Below are positions 36,340 through 49,533 of a DNA stretch of 64,000 bases, piece after piece. Source of the stretch: Callorhinchus milii (lineage: Eukaryota); the NCBI RefSeq assembly GCF_018977255.1, contig NW_024704742.1, positions 93,002,001 through 93,066,000 on the forward strand, written 5' to 3'. The notes beneath the pieces were generated by a model. The model was not told where the DNA came from and did not search any database. It saw nothing but the letters and a program-made list of their open reading frames with translations. Every line of letters starts with the position of its first letter. The stretch's first letter is position 1. A program made the position numbers and the translations under genes.

Positions 36340-36600
36340 GTAAGCCACCGCCTAGTGTGCAAAACATATAGAAGCTCCAGGCACAATGTCTGGTGGGTGC
36401 TGAGTTACCTGATCTCACCTGGGGTGTCTGTAAGAGAGCTTTGAAGATGAAATAATCACTGCTAAATCACTGAAGGTGGCAAGTGCGTGTGTGTGAACGC
36501 CTGGTGAGTGCGAGATAGAACTTTGATTGTAATCCTAGCCGTGCAGCTGCCAGCACTCACTGTTCAGGCTCACTCACACACGAAGAATGTCCATTTGAGA
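36340..36600 (+). mobile_element. Ancient SINE-like repeat, family unassigned
   Basis: gtgctgagttacctgatctca...aagtgcgtgtgtgtg...gcactcactgttcaggctcac...gaagaatg. Related relics at about 2440-2760 (-) and 26930-27075 (+). Confidence 0.55.
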
Positions 36601-36819
36601 GATCAATCTTAGTAGTACTATAGAATGTGAGGGCTGAAATCTCTTATGGTCTTAGCTTCAATGTTTAGATAAAATTGGTCATTCACTTTATGGCTGTTTG
36701 TGGAATATTGCTGTAGAAAATTGGCTGCCGTGCTTGCCTACAGATACACAGTCACTACACTTCATTGTAAAATCCTGTGAACAGCTTTGAGATGTCCTCC
36801 TAATATGATAAGGAACTAT

Positions 36820-37138
36820 AATAATAATCCTTGCATTTGATATAGTGCCTTATCACATTATACTCTAAAGTGAATTGATTGTATATTTGTGGGCGAAACA
36901 TGGCAGCCAATTTTGCACAGCAGTGTCCCACAAACAGTCAGCTCCACAGATGATTCATGTAGTAATGACCAAATTATTAATATTATTTAATATTTTTTGA
37001 AGTGGTTATGACCCCCGGGCCACAATCTGCCAATAGACTAACAACCGGGTTCCTACTTATTGTTAGGGAAACACAGACACCCAACCTGCCCAACCTGCCT
37101 GTGAGATGAGCATGCAAACTACCACGCAACAGGACTCC
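36820..37138 (-). mobile_element. Older subfamily SINE, rearranged
   Basis: Tail, body, internal block and degenerate head (caggactcc). Confidence 0.75.
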
Positions 37139-37169
37139 ACAAGTCAGGAATTAGGAGGCAAAGGACAGC

Positions 37170-37470
37170 AGTCAATTTGTGCACAGCAATGTCCCACTAA
37201 CAACTAGGAAATGAATGAGCAATTTTATCTGCCCAGCACAGCAGGAGAATCTCTCCTCTCTTTTTGAATAGTGCCATGGGATCGTAATTTCCACCTGAAC
37301 AGGCAGCCAAGACCTTCATTTGAAAGACGGCACTTCCTACAATATAGCTCTTCCCTAGTGCTGCATTGCAGTGTCAGCCAGAGTGTGCATTTAAATTCCC
37401 CAAATTCCCAGTGTTTTGAATTCACAACCTTCTGATACCACCTTCTGACTCAAAGTCAGAAAGCTAGGCT
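37170..37470 (-). mobile_element. Deu-domain SINE
   Basis: gaatagtgccatgggatc...ccacctgaacaggcag...gaaagacggcac. Confidence 0.75.
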
Positions 37471-37929
37471 GAAATTTTCTACAGTGCATTTCTTAACCTT
37501 TGCACTATATTCTGCATCACCTTAAATTTTAAGGCAATAGTGGTTTTAAAGCTGAGACCATTGGACATATCATGCCCCTGGAGTCTGCTACAGTTTTCTG
37601 GGATCACTGTAACTGTGGTTCATTTTCAAGGGAACTACAAATCTTACAGACTCCTGTCATTTATATTTCTGTATGTCATTCTATACATACCACTTGTTAG
37701 AATAAATCAACAATTTTACAAATAAACAGCTTAAAAAAATAAATACATTGCAGGAAAGCAAAAAGATTGGTTCCCATGTGCAAGTTGGAAAAATTCCCAG
37801 GATCCAAAATGAAATGAAAGCAATTGGAAGAGGTTGAAGTCCCAACCAACATTTAGTAGAGTTTGGATTCTTTGAAGGCATTTCTAGTAGGTTACTAGCT
37901 GGGCACTCATTGAAATTGTAAGATATAAG

Positions 37930-38268
37930 AACTGGGACTTGAGATTGTACTGTAGGTCGATACACCAGTGAACTGCAGGAGAACGCTGAACTGTCTATGT
38001 GTCTTTTGAAAGAGATGTTGAACTGAACACCCGACCGCCTGATTAGGTGGATATTAAGGAACCTGCAACACCATTCAAAAAGGAAAAGTGGTCTCTTCCT
38101 GTATCCTGACTAACAATCATTCAGATAAATTGGTGATTCACCTCATAGTTGTTTGTGGAACCTCGCTGCTCACAAATAGCTGTCACATGTGCCTAGAAAG
38201 AACAGTCACTGCATTTGACAGCAATTACTGTAAAACATTTTGAGGCATTCTGACATGATAAGGAGCTG
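37930..38268 (+). mobile_element. Deu-domain SINE
   Basis: gagatgttgaactgaacac...aggtggatattaagg...tcctgactaacaatc. The tail runs into a microsatellite. Confidence 0.7.
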
Positions 38269-38278
38269 TATATATATA

Positions 38279-38347
<69 letters not shown>

Positions 38348-38354
38348 TTCTTTC
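38269..38354. repeat. Compound microsatellite (TA)n(TCTG)n(TTTC)n
   Basis: Read directly from the sequence. Confidence 0.97.
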
Positions 38355-38611
38355 TACAAGGTTGATCCAATCTTATTTGCAATCTATTCTGGCTCAGAGG
38401 CAGTAAATCCTGTGAAGTGCTTTCAAACGTCCTCCCGCATGAAAGGCACTGTACCAAATTTAAGGAATATTATAACAATGGGCTCTTTCAGAGATAAGTT
38501 ACGTTTCTAACTTAAAGGTAAGTTTCTAACTTTGTAACTGTTGATTTTATAATTATGCCTGATGATAACTATTACAGGCATTAATTGTTATATGAGACAG
38601 AATTTGTTGTC

Positions 38612-39185
38612 TTAGAATTGTACAGCACAGAGGAGGCCATTCAGCCCATCATGTCTATGCTGGCTCTTTGAAAAGAGCTATCCAAATCAATCCCACTCCC
38701 CCGCTCTCTACTCATAGCCCTGCAAACTTGTCCTCCCAAATAATTATCTATGTCTCTCTTAAAAGTTGCTATTGAATCGGCTTCCACCACCCTTTCAGGC
38801 AATGTATTTCAGATCCGAACAACTCGCTGTGTGAAAAAATGTCTCCTCACCTCCCCTCTGTTTCTTTTAACAACTATTTTAAATCAGTGTTGTCGGGTTA
38901 CCGACCCTCCCGTCAGTGGAAATAGCTTCTCCTTGTTCACCCTATCAAATGCCCTCATAATAGTGAAAACATCTATTAAGTCTCCTCTTGACCTTCTCTG
39001 CTCCAAGGAGAATAATCCTAGCTTCTCTAGCCTCTCCTGATAACTGAAGTCCTTCATTCCTGGAAGCATCCTGGTAAATGTCCTTTGCACCCTCTCAAAT
39101 GCCTTCAAATCCTTCCTAAAGTGTGGTGCCCAGAACTGAACACAGTACTCTAGCTGAGGCTTAACCAGTGCTTTATAAAGGTTAT
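38612..39185 (-). mobile_element. CR1 LINE 3' fragment
   Basis: ERLEKLGLFSLEQRRSRGDLIDVF peptide and CR1 3' UTR. Confidence 0.92.
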
Positions 39186-40169
39186 ATAAAAGTTCATCAT
39201 AATTTTTATAAAGGGTTATCAGTTTTTTAGTGGTAAAAAATGGATATGGTCAGTGCAAGCCTCCCCCGGAGCGGTGTCTCCTGCCTCCGATGTCGTTGGT
39301 CGATTGGTGAATTTCTGGATTCCTTTTAGTTCATTTTCTTTCCAACTTCATTTTTTTGGCCTTAATATTTATTTTCTGGGTGTGATCTGAGAGGGAACTC
39401 TGTGCTCTCCTTAGACACTAAAAAGCACAAATTCAGTCCTATATGATAATTAGTGCTGATGATAGTTACCACTGGTGATAAAAAACACATTGAACACTTT
39501 AGAAAGTCACACATTTACCCCATTCTGTTTTAACATTTCCAATTCCTCAATTCAATATCACTGTCATTTCATACAGCTGAACAATTATAACCATGAAACA
39601 CTAAAAACTGTTTAGTCAGCCGGTGTCTGACACATGCAGAAGCCATCACATTTTTCACTGTGTCCTTCAGTTGGAAATGCCTTTATAAAGTCATAGCCAA
39701 AAGATAGCAGTATTTTAGCAATCATTGAAAGGTAATATCTGTGGGTAGATCGTGCAGTATTATGACAACGGTGAAAGTCTCTTGAATTACATAACTTATG
39801 ACAATTGAAAGCACTTTTTCAATTCTCCATCTGTCAACAGGTAATGTAAATTTATTACTTGGCAAGCTAAGAATAGCTAAGTGATTGCATTAACTTTCTC
39901 CACCTCCCTCAATTCCACCTCCAGTTGTCTATCCTTCTCTCCTATATGTGCTGATTCATGGTGAGGTATATTCCAATAGCTAACCTGCACCCTGATGGTG
40001 CAAACCCTTGACTGTTCAGCATTTTGGGATGCCCTCCTGAGTGAAGGCGCTATATAAATGCAATTTGTTGTTGCTGTTCCTATAACTGACCCAAGTGATA
40101 TTCTTCATGAGGTTCCTAGTCAGTGATTGTTTCTTCTCCCCTCCCTGCACCTTAGAGGGGAGGGAAGCT

Positions 40170-40667
40170 CAAGATTTCAAGATCGAATTCAAGCTCCTTA
40201 TCCTCATCCTAACCTACAAGGCCATTCACGGCCTCGCTTCCTCCTACCTCTCCGACCTACTATCCCCCCACGTACCTGCCCGTACCCTCTGTTCCTCTGG
40301 CTCCGGTCTGCTCCACATCCCCCGCCCCAACCGCCCTACCATCGGTGGCCGGGCCTTCAGCCTCTCAGCCCCGAGGCTCTGGAACTCCATCCCCCAGTGC
40401 CTTCGCCGCCTCCTCCCTTTCCTCCTTCAAGGCCGGTCTCAAGACCTTTCTTTTCAACCGTGCCTTCAGCTCCCCTCTCGACTCTCTTCCCCCTCCTCGC
40501 TCCCTCCCTTCCCTCCCCTCACCCTGACCATTTCCCCCCTCCTCGCTCCCTCCCCTCACCCTGACCATTTCCCCCCTGCTCGGGTCCCGACCCAACTGTC
40601 CAGCACCTTGGGACGTCCTCCCGACGTGAAAGGTGCTCTATAAATGAAATCTTGTTGTTGTTGTTGT
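40170..40667 (+). mobile_element. L2 3' fragment
   Basis: TIGGRAFSLSAPRLWNS peptide, stem-loop tail and (TTG)n. Confidence 0.9.
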
Positions 40668-40738
40668 AGAGGCATTGAGACCAATTGTAGCCTCCAAGCT
40701 TTTAAAATGTTAAAGGTTTGTCAGCAAACCTGACTTGA

Positions 40739-41060
40739 GGAGTCCTGTAGCTCAGTGGTTAGAGCACTCGCTTTGCAAGTGAGAGACCTGAGTTCAATTC
40801 CAGGCAGCGCGAAACCTTGGGCAAGTTTCCTTACTCCACACTCCTAATAATAATCCCTCCAAAACCAAAAGCAATAATAAATTGGTCATTTTCAATCCAT
40901 GACTGTTTGTGGGACATTGCTGTGCGCAATTGGCTGCCGCGTTCGCCCACAAATATACAGTCAATTCACTTTACAGTGTGTTCCGTGAAGCGCTTTGGGA
41001 CGTCCTCCCAACGTGAAAAGCGCCATATCAAATGCAAAGATTATTATTATTATTATTATT
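40739..41060 (+). mobile_element. Young full-length tRNA(Ala)-derived SINE
   Basis: GGAGTCCTGTAGCTCAGTGGTTAGAGC head through ATGCAAAGA(TTA)n tail. Confidence 0.93.
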
Positions 41061-41932
41061 GAGCAGTTTGAGCTGAACATAGTTTTTATTTTCTTTCATT
41101 GCTTCAGTCAGTCCTACAAATAGCTGCTTCTCCATTTAAAGTACAGTATTTTAAGACGGCAGAGCTTAATGTAAGTGTGCTCTGGTTCATAAGCTGTGCT
41201 CTCACCATCACATCACTTCAAACAGTCAATACTAAAGCACAACCTCACCCTCTGAAGTTGAATCATTTGTACTTCTTTTCTTCCAGCTGGTATTGTTGTT
41301 CTTTGTTTCCGCTCTTTAGACAGCAATGATCTTTGAAAGGAAACAAAACACCTCCCAACAAAATAAGCTTACTTTCTGCATGAAAACCCCTGTACGTGAC
41401 TGAATCACAAAGCTTCAGGTCTGACCGGAGATTTTAAATATTCAGTCCCATGTCTGGATTCAAAGACTCCACTTACCCAATCCCAAATTCAGATTTACAG
41501 ATCTCCAGCACTCAGTTCCAAATCTCAATGGTCCTGATTCAGAGATCTGGAAAGCGGTTCAAAATCCAGACTGATTTCACAGTGAGGAATCTCAAACCCA
41601 AAAGTGGTAAGCAGGGTGAGTCCCTGTAGGGAGATTCTACACCATACAACCCCAAACTATACATATAATACTAATAATAATCCTTGCATTTGATATAGTG
41701 CCTTATCATATCTTCGAGAAGTTTCAAAGCGCTTCACAGAATATCCTGGAATTGACTATATATTTTGTGGGCAAAATGCAGCAGCCAATTGCACACAGTA
41801 GTGTCCCATAAACAGTGATGGATTGAGTGATCAAATTATTATTATTATGTGGAACGCTCAGTGTAGACTTTGGAGACTCTTAACCTCGGTGGCGGGTTTC
41901 TGTTTGTGTCAGGCTGACCCAAAAATAAATCA

Positions 41933-42110
41933 AAATTCCCTCATCTGTATTCAATTTGGACTCACTTAAAAGTCTTAAACACTGAGCTTTGAATCTGCTC
42001 TGAGTTCGTCTTCAGAAATCTGTCAATCAGAAATCACATTTTGAGCTGAGCCGCGTTTCCGAAATCTCACAAATCAGTTCCAAATGACTCTCAAATACAG
42101 ATGAGGATTG
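41933..42110. repeat. MITE-like element with inverted termini
   Basis: cctcatctgtatt (41939-41951) and aatacagatgagg (42094-42106) are perfect reverse complements. Confidence 0.55.
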
Positions 42111-44044
42111 ACCCTATGGTTGTTATGTCTACTCTGCCATTGTATTGAGGCAATCAGGGCCAGTGCTTGTTTGCACCAATGTGCAAGAGGAATCATAGGA
42201 TAGCAGGACTGAAGTACAGAGCAGATGTGGTCAAATCTGGGTGTGAATCAAATTATTTTCCATCAAAAATGCACTTTAATAGGTGCTGTTTGACCAGGTT
42301 GTACTGACTGGTTATAAAATAATCATAAGTTTGCCCTCCAATTTTACGTAAATAGTTGGAAAATATAAAAACTGATCATTTAGCAGAAGACAGATGTACA
42401 GATACCCCGCTACAGATCTTGGAGATCTTGTCTTCAAAAGTCGACCACATTTGTGTTCTTTTTTCCATTTGCTTTATTTATTTGACTAATGTAGTTCTGG
42501 CTGTAGCAGAATAGTCTCTATTTATGTCAACTGAGTGTGTTGAACAGATTAGCCTGGACCAAGAGGCTGCAAAAAGCCAGCTGTTTTCGTTCAGTGAAAA
42601 TACACAGGATACAGTAATCCAATATTTCTTTAACCAGGTGGAAAGAGAGATGGAATAGAATTACTTGAATAACTATCTACAGGCACACCCTTTCAATTTA
42701 TTTTGAACCTAATTTTTTTTGTAAATCTAGCCTTAAAGGAGCAGGGGATTTCAATCACCCTTTTTTCAAAGAGGAAAGTATTTTCCCCTTAGTATAATAA
42801 TCCTACAGTAATAATCCTTGTGTTTGGTATAGTGCCTTTCACTTTGAGGGAGACGTCTCAAAGCGATTCGCAGGATTAACTATGATGGGTAGTGACTGTG
42901 CATTTTGTAGGCAAATGAGGCAGTCAAATTAAGCACAGCAATGTCCCACAAACAGCAAATACTGGGATTAGCGATGTGATAATCACGAGGCTCTTTAATG
43001 GAGTCTAGCTGGAGAAGGGAAGAGGTGAACAGACCAAATTTGTTTACGTTTTCTAGATTTGTTTATTTTCTCCGTTGGGAGAATTTCCAGCATTGACGTG
43101 AGGTTCAGGTGGAAGATACTTCCGCCCATTTGATCTCATCTTTCCAGAATACCAACCTTGCTATCTTGCCATTAAAGCATTGAGCTGTTTCTTTAAAGGA
43201 GTCTCGTTTTCCTAGCCCTGAACAGCCTTCCTGATAACCTGTTCCATCTGCTACTTACCTCACATGCAAATAATACTTCCTCATGTCTATGATAAACTTG
43301 CCCTCCAAAATCCTGAATCTGTACAGAACCTGTGCCTTGTTTTCTTGTGCCTCAGAGTAACTGAAAGTTCTTTTCTGTGTTTGCATCCTCTCTTCCAACT
43401 AGCTTCTTAAATATTCTTGCTGGTTGGGTTGTTAATATACCGTGCGTGTGGTTACCTGATTCTGGGCCTGTTTCGATTGTTTGCAAGATTAAAATAGGTG
43501 TGTCTATCTGCAAATAATTCAATAGCACCCCAGAAATAGCTTGATAACATAAGAGGTTAAAGTCTGGTTGTAAATAAGGCACAAATGGTATATATCTGAG
43601 AATTCATTAAAGCGTCAGCTTTTGAAAGTCTCAAAGAAAGTATGCCCTGACTACACCCTTAGAAATGGGTGTGGTTCGTAGTTTTGTGACTTTTCTGTCA
43701 TTAATCATTCCAGGACAGTCACACAATCATTGCTGAGGCCACCCACCCCTTTCTATTTTCAATTTGTAGCTAATTTATTTCTCATGAATGTCTGACACCT
43801 TGGTTGATAACAGTTTCGTCACTGTATCCAGTAATGAAAAGGTAACTATGTCCTTCCCACAAATATGGCTTGTTTATTTTGCTGTATTTTTTTCATTGTT
43901 CACAGTTTATTACTTAATTTCTATTAACCGAACTACCAGATTGTTTGATACCCTATTTCTTTCCAATTACCTGTGTAGTTTTAATTTCTGCTTGATAAAA
44001 CCTTGCCCTCGTGTTTGCTAACTTATAAATGGCTGCTTGCAGCA

Positions 44045-44062
44045 CAGTGCCCTCCTGTGGTG
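44045..44062 (-). promoter_or_regulatory. Candidate CTCF site
   Basis: Minus strand caCCACAGGAGGGCACtg versus core CCASYAGRKGGCRS (two mismatches). Confidence 0.4.
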
Positions 44063-45225
44063 TAAGTGTGTCACCATGAAAATCAGGCATTGATGTCAAA
44101 CTGTTTATTATTATTATTATTAATATTCCTTACATTTGATATAGCATGGAAGGACTTTCAAAGTGCTTCACAAGATTTTTACTGTGAAGACTGCACTTTG
44201 TAAGGAAACTCCCCTACAGTGGACTACAGAAGTAAAATGCAGTTCATACAATACAATTATGCTCCGGTTTAAAGGTTCTTAATATTTATTAATAGACAAA
44301 AAATAAGCTTCTTATTTCCTTCAAATTTGTTTCCACCATCTGCCTCAACAGTCCTCTCTCATAGCTTGTTCAACAAAATTACAGATTCAGATTTACTGGC
44401 AATTATTTTCAAGAAAAGGAGATATGTACCAGTGAGTCGGTTCCTCTTAGATTCTCAACCCCACAAAGCTCAATAGCTACTCTCTCCAGAAACATACTCG
44501 GCTCCTCTGTCTGCTCAATAGCCTCCCAGGTCACTTATTGCTTTTTGATCATGACCCCTTTACTTCCTATGTTGTTCAGTTGTATCCCTCAGTTTCTGAA
44601 CCTCACATTGTAGTGAACAATTTTCCGGCCTTAACCTGGTTAAATCCCCTTCCTAATCTTATAAACTTCTCTTTTGCAAAGATATCGACCCCGTTTTCTG
44701 AGCTTTTTCTCATCATTTAGATTCCTGATACCAGGAAGTTATAGTGGTTACTTTGGTGCTCAGTCTCCCTCTCTCTCCCTGAACGAGTGCCATGTAATGC
44801 TAATCACCTCGTCCATTATCTATATTTCAGCCCTCAATCCAATTGCTACCAAACATGCACGATAAACATAGCATTAACAGATAAAATATTTTTACTAAAC
44901 AGACTGATCACTGGCACAAAGCGCTGTAAGAACAAAGCAAGGCTCATAATACTTCTTGGTCTTTTCTTTTTCTCAGGTTCCCAGAAACTGCAGGTAGCAG
45001 TGGCACAGACAGGGAGGCAGGGAGCTCAACCGGGTGGCATTGGTGCAGGGAATTTCTGTATTTTTAAATCATTTCCTGAGAGGTACGAAATCTTGGGAGA
45101 ATGACACATTCAGGCTATAATACACCAGCCAATGGAATGGAACCGCTCCCCTCCTTGCAGGTCTTGGCATGGTTAGTGCTGGGCAGGTATTGGTTACATA
45201 ACGTAAGGAGGACGCCCTGTAACTT

Positions 45226-45246
45226 GTGTGTGTGTGTGTGTGTGTG
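45226..45246. repeat. (TG)n microsatellite
   Basis: Read directly from the sequence. Confidence 0.9.
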
Positions 45247-45522
45247 AGGTAAAGGTCATAGCTGTCTGTACCAGAGCTGACTTTAGTCATTGCCCTCAAC
45301 CTTTAGCTGCCAAGTGGGGGAAAGTTATGCGTGAAATAAATAAGTGTGGAGCACCCTGTTTTGCATGCAGAGAAAGTGTCGTATTGCTTTCCAATTGGTG
45401 TGACTTAGAATCACACACATTCTCTGCACAGAATTCAAGAGTTTCCCTAAAGGTGTCCTGTTCGGATGTTTGTGTGTAAATGAATTTGATGCATCTTACA
45501 GTTCTCAATTTTCACATGATGC

Positions 45523-45894
45523 AGAGTCCTATAGCTCAGTGATTAGAGCACTCACCTCACAAGCAAGGGACCTGGGTTCGATTCCCGAAGCCTTGGGCAA
45601 GTTTCCTTACTCCACACACCTGATAATAATCCCTCGAGAAAAAAAATAATTTGGTCACTAAATCCACGACTGTTTGTAGGACATTGCTGTGCGCAATTGG
45701 CTGCCGCGCTTCGCCCACAAATGTCCAGTCAATTCACTTTACGGTATATTCTGTGAAGCGCTTTGCGACGTCAGGAAGATGTGAAAAGCACTATATCAAA
45801 TGCAAGGATTATTATTATTATTATTCTGTGAAGCGCTTTGCGACACCTAAAAGATGTGAAAAGCGCTATATCAAATGCAACGATTATTATCATT
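45523..45894 (+). mobile_element. tRNA-derived SINE with tandemly duplicated tail
   Basis: Head gagtcctatagctcagtg. The tail unit tattctgtgaagcgctttgcgac...atcaaatgcaa occurs twice. Confidence 0.88.
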
Positions 45895-45925
45895 AACATA
45901 CTCAGGTTGTTACTGTAATGTCACA

Positions 45926-45981
45926 CTGTATATTGTACAGTTAAGATGATAATGTCAACATCTTAACTGTACAATGTATAG
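45926..45981. repeat. Near-perfect hairpin (17-bp perfect arms, 10-nt loop)
   Basis: attgtacagttaagatg (45932-45948) / catcttaactgtacaat (45959-45975). Confidence 0.9.
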
Positions 45982-47536
45982 ATACTGTAAGGTACTATAT
46001 GTTCACCCACAAAATTCAGCCACTGCACTTTACAGTATGTCTGGTGAAGCACTTCCCGAAAGTGTTATATCAAATATAAGGATTTTACTGTTAAAATGTA
46101 CTGTAGAAATTATATTGATTGAGGTTGCGGAATAATGGGGTTACAGAAAACACTGAAAATCAGTAGGGAAAGAGTGATAGATTATTCAATCAAATCAACA
46201 AGAGGACCTGAGATACAATCAGCACCAGAAACACAAAGGAGGATTTCAGAAGACTTATTTTTAACAGAAAGGATTATTGAGATGCAGAGAGCATTACCAC
46301 ATGTGTCTGAGTCAATTACATCACTTAAGGGGGATTAGGTAAACAAATGACAAATAATGATATTCCACACCTTTACCCACCTCCTTCACTCAGCTGACTC
46401 CGATCTTCTGCACGTCCTTGGTCCTCTCCACCATTGTGCTTTCAGCCACTGTAACCTGAAACTCCCTGCCTCAGTCCCTCCACCTTGCCCCCTCTTTGTC
46501 CGTCTTCAGATCACACCTAAAGGCCTTCCTCTTCGACCGTACCTAAAATCCCTTCTTTCCTCGGCTCGGCATCAAGCTCTGCCAATGTTAAGCACTACAA
46601 GGCACTACTCCGCATTAAAAGCGCTACATAAATGCAAGTTGTTAATGGTTATGTTGTTGCCAACACAATGCTGCCACTGGGATTCCGCCACCATTAATCT
46701 GCCATCAAAGGTATGTTTTTAAAAAGGGTCAATTATAAACAAAGAAACTATCTTGTTATATCTCAGTGTTGGGTTGGGGGGCAGCTGACTCCAGTAACAT
46801 GGTGCCATCCTCTTGCAGTCTATACTCCTGTTGTTGCTGTTGTCCCTCAAACAGCAGGAGGTACAGAGACACACACAATAGACTCAATACTGTATCAGTT
46901 TTGTCCATCCAGAAGGGAGGTAGAACAGGTTTAGTTAAAGGGGTGGATTACACCAACTACGTTTTTTGTGCGATTTTTGTTTATTTATAATTTTCAAATA
47001 CAGAAAAACCACAAAGCCAACAATATCTAACAATGGGACACAATTGCAAAACACGTTTCCCCGCAATGAATATGAGGAAACATTAAACAGAGAAAAGCAC
47101 AGAAACTCAACAGCCCAACCTATTGGTTACCTTTATTCAACAAATGTCAAGCACTCGGAGACACTACCCCACATTAAAGGTGGTATACAAATGCAAGTTG
47201 TGATTATTGATTTTCAATTTTGTTTGAATAAAAGAGACTTGAGGGGTACACATTACTTATTTTATATATAAAAAGCAGGTAAACTGCAGGGAACATTGAA
47301 CAAGCAAAGCAGCCTGCTGCCTACAGTAACTGTTCCATTCAGTTCTGATGTCCCTGACATAAGTTTATTTTGATACAGCTTCCGGCAAACTTCCCCTATC
47401 TGGTTTAATTCTGCTTCCCGGTCTGGTTTTACTTCAGCTTTTATAGAAATAGGTTAAGTGATGTGAACCTCATTAGTGATTACTGGGATGTCTAGAAGGT
47501 GAAAAACCCAATGTCAAATGCTAGTATTATTATTAT

Positions 47537-47681
47537 GAAAACAAAAGCAGAAATTACTGGGAACACTCAGCAGGTCAGGCAGCATCTATGGAAAAAAGTA
47601 GGTGAGTCAACATTTCTTGGTCAGAACTGGGGCATGTTGAGAGGGAGAGACTTTTAAGGGCTAACAGAGAGGGGAGAGGAC
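47537..47681 (-). mobile_element. Second Penelope-like terminal fragment
   Basis: Homologous to 8606-8705 (ctgggaacactcagcaggtcaggcagcatct...gtgagtcaacatttc). Flanked by attattattat on both sides (47526-47536, 47682-47692). Ribozyme stem II is deleted. Confidence 0.7.
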
Positions 47682-47731
47682 ATTATTATTATAATTATAG
47701 TGCGTTGGAGCGCTCTTAACTCTTACGTTAT

Positions 47732-47744
47732 GTTGCTAGGAAAC
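47732..47744. promoter_or_regulatory. Candidate RFX X-box
   Basis: GTTGCTAGGAAAC, a near-palindromic X-box in a locally CpG-containing patch. Confidence 0.35.
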
Positions 47745-48569
47745 CACAAATCTGAATTAATTTTCAGCTTGTAAAATCATCAATTTGCTGTGCGCAATTG
47801 GCTGCCACGTTTCACCCACAAAACACAATCACTACACTTTACAATGAATCCTATGAAGCACTTTGCGAAATCTCGCCGACGAGATAAGGCAATATATCAA
47901 ATGCAAATATTATTATTATCAAGAGTTTATCCCATAACAGTGACTGGAAATAAGGAAAGGAATCCAGGGGGGAGGGGGTGCATGGTGTTCATTTTCCAAT
48001 TTACTTATTTATGATTGAATTTTTCCATTAACATTTATACAGTAATGACCAGAGAATTTTTGCCAAGAGTCCTCATCTATCTTCATTCTGATAGAAGGAA
48101 GTTTGGATTCTGAATTTGTTGGTATCTAATGTGCACCTTAACATTGAAAAATAACACCAGGGGAGGGTGGGAGAAAAATTGGTGATAAATAGTGAGTCCA
48201 TTTTATCCACCACCAGCAATGGATAAAACTGACTTACGATACAAATGTACATTTATATAGTGTCTTTCACTTCTTGCCGGCACAAAAGGCGCTGTAAATT
48301 TGTATTGTAATGTTAGATTATTTTGCATAATTTTAAATGTCACAATGAAATTCAAATTGACATTTCCCGTCGAGAGGATGTCCAATATGATGGACAGTCT
48401 AGGGTTTGCACCCGAACTGGAGGTGGGGCTGGCTGTGAGGGAGGGTGGGCGAAGATGGCTGAAAACATGGTCAAAGAGGAAGGTCTTAAGGCGGAAGTTG
48501 AAGGAGGCGAGCGAGGGTGTGAGTCAAAGGGATTCCGGGATGGAGTTCCAGAGATTGGGGGAAAAACCG

Positions 48570-48677
48570 TGAAAAATTCTTAAATTCATTCTTAAATTGG
48601 AAGCCTGTTTGGTGATCCCTTCAAAAGAAAAATGGCAAACCAGCTTCCAAATTAAGCCTGAATGTAAGGATTTTCCA
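48570..48677. repeat. Hairpin/MITE-like inverted repeat
   Basis: aaaattcttaaattcattcttaaattggaagc versus gcttccaaattaagcctgaatgtaaggatttt. A solo arm lies at 12976-13013. Confidence 0.65.
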
Positions 48678-49176
48678 AAGTCCTGCATGATCTGACTGAC
48701 GCCGTGAGAGATTTCAAGCCTCTGATAGTGCAATAGGGAAATCAGGGGAAGGGCTGTCTGAGTTTGTGGAATGATCTCCCGCACACTTGGCATTCCAAGC
48801 AAATATATACCTTGGATCCACAGCCAATAAATCATTGTGGGAATCACATAGATCAAACACATTGCAAAATGTTTATTTTGGAACAAAAAACCTTTGTAAT
48901 ATTTAAACACAAACTACAGTGTGTATTAGCGGCACTCCTAACACTACATAGCCACAAAGAAGCAAATGTTTGCAAAGCCCGTTTGGTCTTTCTGCCAACA
49001 CAGCATCCACCCATACACAGGCTGAGACAAGAGCAGAAAGAGTCTCCGCAGGAAGGTTCTCAACTCTTACAGACCCTGGCAATCTGAATCAGAATCATTC
49101 AGACCGGGTTAACGTGATTGCCACCTGGGATATTCTTTCTATTTTAGTAGTTTGGGTTTGGATACTCTTTTTTTTA

Positions 49177-49533
49177 TAATAATAATAATCCTTGCATTTG
49201 ATATCATGCCTTATCGCATCTTCGAGACGTTTCAAAGCGCTGCACAGAATATACTGTAAGTGAATTGACTGTGAATTTGGTGGCTGAAATGTAGCAGCCA
49301 TATACGTACAGCAGTGACCCCAAACAGTCATGGATTGAATGAGCAAATCATTTTTTTTTTTTTTTTTTTTATTTCTGAAGGGAAAATCGACCAATAATCA
49401 GGTTCCTACTTATTGCTAGGTTAAAAGAGGCATGTGGAGTAAGGAAACTTGCTTAATATTACGCCCTGCCTGGGAATCGAACCCACGTCCTCTCACTTAT
49501 GAGGCGAGTGCTCTAACCAATATTCGACAGGAC
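49177..49533 (-). mobile_element. Older subfamily tRNA-derived SINE
   Basis: Tail aataataatccttgcatttg to head gtgctctaacca...caggactc. Confidence 0.82.

Noticed and set aside
40095..40643. Proline-rich overlapping ORFs
   Set aside because: C-rich L2 3' region that lacks stop codons by composition.
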